Origin: Pelagomonas calceolata | Taxonomy: Eukaryota | Length of the DNA stretch: 64,000 nt | Direction of reading: 5' to 3' | Assembly: GCA_918797485.1 (NCBI GenBank) | Contig: CAKKNE010000005.1 | Coordinates: forward strand, 4,216,001 to 4,280,000 | Shown here: in pieces, positions 61,025 to 64,000 of the stretch | Layout: the number at the start of each line of letters is the position of its first letter | Numbering within the stretch: position 1 is the stretch's first letter | The notes under the pieces: generated by a model | What the model was told of the DNA's origin: nothing | Databases searched by the model: none | Seen by the model: the letters and a program-made list of their open reading frames with translations, nothing else | Position numbers and translations under genes: made by a program

Positions 61025-64000
61025 TTACATGATCGCGCACAGCAGCGACGACCGGTTCGAGAGCGGCATGCCCCAGGCGTTGCGCGGAATCGCCTTGAGG
61101 CGCGCGAGCTCGGCCTCTTCCGCCCTTCTATCCATCTCCTCCTGAGATATAATATTCCCGTCTTCGTCGATGCGTCCTTCCAATTCCGCGAGTTTGCGAT
61201 CGCGCACCGCCTCGAGCGAATCCGCATTCATATCAAACGCCTCCGCAAGTCTTTGGTCGGCCGCGACCTTCTTGTCTCTACTACGGGCCGCGGCTCTCTG
61301 TTCGAGCTTCTTGTCCAATGCTATGGCGATGGCCGAGTCCCACTCGTCCAACGAGATGATCCCGTCCTTGCTCGTATCCAGCTCCCAGAGCATCGGGCCC
61401 AATCTAGCCGGCACGCAGAGGTACTGCAAATGTTCGTTGCCACAAGATATGAGGAAGCGCGACACCCGCTTCTGGTTGATGCCCGCCATGAGCTCCTCCT
61501 TGTCGAGCGTCCACGAGTCGTCGGCGTCGATCATCTCAAAGACCTCTCTGGCTTTCGTCTGGAAGTCGATGGCGAACTCGTTGTCCGCGTCGCGGTCCTT
61601 CTGGCGCTCGTCGAGCAGCTTCGTGAGCGAGCTACCGACCGCTTCCGTCCACTCGTCTTTACTGATGCTCCCGTCGTCGTCGGTATCCATCTCTGACAGG
61701 GCCTTGTCGAGGAGCTCCGGATTCAATAGGTCTTGCAGCTCCGGCAGGGGGCATTTTACCACAAACTCGATCACGTCCTCGTCCTCGCCGCAGGCTTTGA
61801 CGAGCTCCTCCTTCGACAGCGTCCCATTCATGTCTTCATCAATAAGGTCGTAGACGATGACCGCCATGTCGAGAAATTCGTCTATGAACCTGTGCGCAAA
61901 TCAACCAGTGAGTCGGGTGCTCGCGTCGATGGCGTCAAGGTCGACGCGAAGATTCAGCACGAAGGCGCCGTGGCATTTTGATTTATGCACAGACCGAGAC
62001 TCATCGTCGTTGCCGCGAGCGAGCGCGTGCCGCTCCAAGATAGCCTCCAAGGATCTATCACTCAGAGCCTTCCACTCGTCTCGGTCCAGTTCGCCGTCTG
62101 AATTGGTATCACATTCCTTCATCGCGGCTTGCACGCGTGGAGGCACCAAAAATTCGGAAAGGACTGGGTTCCGGCAAGTCTTGATGAACCTCAAAACATC
62201 GGGCTTGCCCTTGAGCGCGAGCATGATTTCGGGAAGGCTGAGCGTCCCTGAGCCATCTTCATCTATCAGGTCGAAGATCTTCGCGCAGTTCGCGCGGAAG
62301 TCCTTGGCCAGCAGGTCGGCCTGCGGGGAAACAACACCAGTGAGCCGCGCGGGTCTCGAGACGAGAATCGACCGCCACGCCATCGAGCAGACGGCGCGTC
62401 GATGGCGTACACGCTCGGCAACAGTAGAAGACCGCCCGTCGAGGTCGAACGAAAGGACCTTTGAGACGCCGCGACCGCGACCTGCTCCTGCGCGTCCCTT
62501 TCCCTCTTAGCCTTCAGCCGCCGCTTAATCACGGAATCGTTCGTGTCCATGGTCCTGCTCTTGGCCGCCAACCGCGAGGCGAGCGACTCCTTCTGGACCA
62601 CCACTGGCGCGTCCTTGACCCTCTTGCGCCGGGGCGCGCCCTTGGGCTGCGGCGGCTTCAAATCCTCGGGAGTGAGTTCGAGCTCGCCCCGCCGGTAGGC
62701 CGCGAGCATGTCACGTAACGCGCGGTCGCGGACGGGTACAATTTTGTCGAGGCCCGGCACGCCCGTCGAGTTGATGTTCCGCGAGTGGTTGAACCATGCA
62801 TAAAACTCCGGGAACGACACCGCGCCGGACCGATCGACATCGACCTGCCGGAACGCATCCCGCAACTCATCGCGAGTAGGAGGCTCGTCGACGCCCAACA
62901 ATAACCCGTTCTTCATCATCGCGATGAACTCCTGCCGGTCGATCTCTCCACTATTATCAATATCATACATCGAGAACGCGCACTGCAGCACGTCCTTCAA
63001 TTTGTCGTCGCGCGTCGGGAGCTGGGCCGCGGCCTTCATCCGCTCCGACTCCCTATTGTTAGCGGCCTTCTCGAACTCTTTCAGTTCATTGGGATACTTG
63101 TCCTTCAAAACGCGCGAGAGCCAGGCGTCGCGCGCTTGCTGGACCGCACTACTGAGTTCTTGGCGAGCCAGTGCTTGTTTCTGAATCACTTCGCTCCTCT
63201 TGATATTGCCGATCTCTCCACTAAGCCACTCCCTTGCTTCGGTCTGGGCTATTGACGTGTGAATCGCTCGCTCGCCCAAGGCTGATAAATATTTATGTCC
63301 AAGCTCCATCAGTACCCTAGCGCGTTGCAATCGCTCCACTCTGTTCATCAAATGCTCCCTAGCTGCTACTTGACGACGACAGTGCGCCAAGCAACACGCG
63401 CCCACCGCGTTCAGCATATCCACGGCGTTCTCCGTCCTAAAGACCTTCTCGATGGCGCCCCTACCGAGCTTATCCAATGATATGAACATCTTGTCGCGCT
63501 TCTTGTTGGCTATCCTACCCTTCTCGGCCTTGGTGATCAAAATCTTCATGTCTCTTCTCCTTAATATCTGTTGCCGGTGCACGCGCACGGCTAACGTACG
63601 CAATTCGAGTGCCGTGATCGCCCGGGCCTTCTCCGCGGCATGGTACTGCGCCGACACCTCGCGAATGCGTATTAATTCAATCTGCATGATCACCCACGTC
63701 GCGCGCATGTTCTCTCCCCTTTCACTGAGGAAGGTGTGCGCCGCGAGTAGATCCGCGTTCAAGGACAGACACTTCTTGCCGCGCCACGTCAAATATTCAA
63801 AGGCCGCTTTGCGTCTAAAATGCAGCTCCCAGGCCTTGGCCGGGGCGGCCTTGCCTTGGATGAGGGCCGTCTTCTGCTCTCGGGCCGCCCTTGCCCTAAT
63901 CATGAGGTAGCGGTGCGCGTCGTTCCGGTTCTCTCGATGTCTTCTCGCTCGTCCGACGCGCGCCTTGCACCACTGGTAGGCCTTCTGCTTCTTCGTCCAG
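61025..64000 (-). CDS. Large EF-hand protein, 5'-partial (exons >64000-62482, 62320-62001, 61889-61025)
   Basis: Multiple DxDxxGxxxxxE loops. The frame is open to the window end. Splicing gives AQEQ|ADLLAK and GNDDE|FIDEFL. C-terminal CAIM is CaaX-like. Confidence 0.85.
61890..62000 (-). mobile_element. GT-AG intron, 111 nt: internally deleted introner in reverse orientation to its host gene
   Basis: + strand CTGTGCGCAAATCAACCAGTG...TCGATGGCGT...GATTCAGCACGAA...TTTTGATTTATGCACAG is homologous to 45500-45697. The donor lies exactly 8 nt outside the TIR. Confidence 0.9.
62321..62481 (-). mobile_element. GT-AG intron, 161 nt, introner-derived
   Basis: + strand CTGCGGGGAAACAACACCAGTGAG...CGCCACGCCATCGAGCAGACGGCGCGTCGATGGCGT is homologous to the intact element. 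Confidence 0.85.

Noticed and set aside
1..64000. Selenoprotein (TGA read-through), tRNA, rRNA or autonomous transposase genes
   Set aside because: I found no redox-motif TGA with a conserved downstream frame and no recognisable RNA gene or DDE transposase by eye. Dedicated searches could still find some.

Overview
Eukaryotic, GC-rich, very gene-dense nuclear DNA. It is most consistent with a pelagophyte alga (Pelagomonas/Aureococcus-like). This is inferred from the bipartite plastid-targeting presequences, the gene set and the intron style, not from a database hit. I can support about 30 protein-coding genes, including a full-size ABCG, NAP1/NCKAP1, guanylate kinase, U-box/ankyrin, an IGHMBP2-like helicase, an Erv1-like oxidase, a GT34 enzyme, FAAL-ACP, CRAL-TRIO and two multi-EF-hand proteins. 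I saw no rRNA, tRNA or CRISPR array. Four things stand out. (1) Nearly all of the 11-12 introns look derived from one ~200-bp TIR mini-transposon ('introner'). An intact copy at 45500-45697 has perfect 15-bp TIRs and a perfect 8-bp target duplication. The donor comes from the duplication and the acceptor from the TIR, and the element works in either orientation. (2) A ~27-bp intergenic motif, GCTTGCTAGTGTCTTACANGCCGCTAGC, occurs 12 times, always upstream of gene starts. Six copies lie 185-208 bp from the ATG they point toward. (3) Once two GC-AG introns are spliced out, three separate ORFs join into one ~4,056-aa ABCA transporter. It carries a ~1,750-aa Cys-rich ectodomain containing a C-type lectin domain. 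(4) A ~310-bp duplicated terminal exon brackets an intronless, possibly DEDD-exonuclease-like gene. All exon boundaries were inferred by eye from frame restoration and need RNA-seq confirmation.
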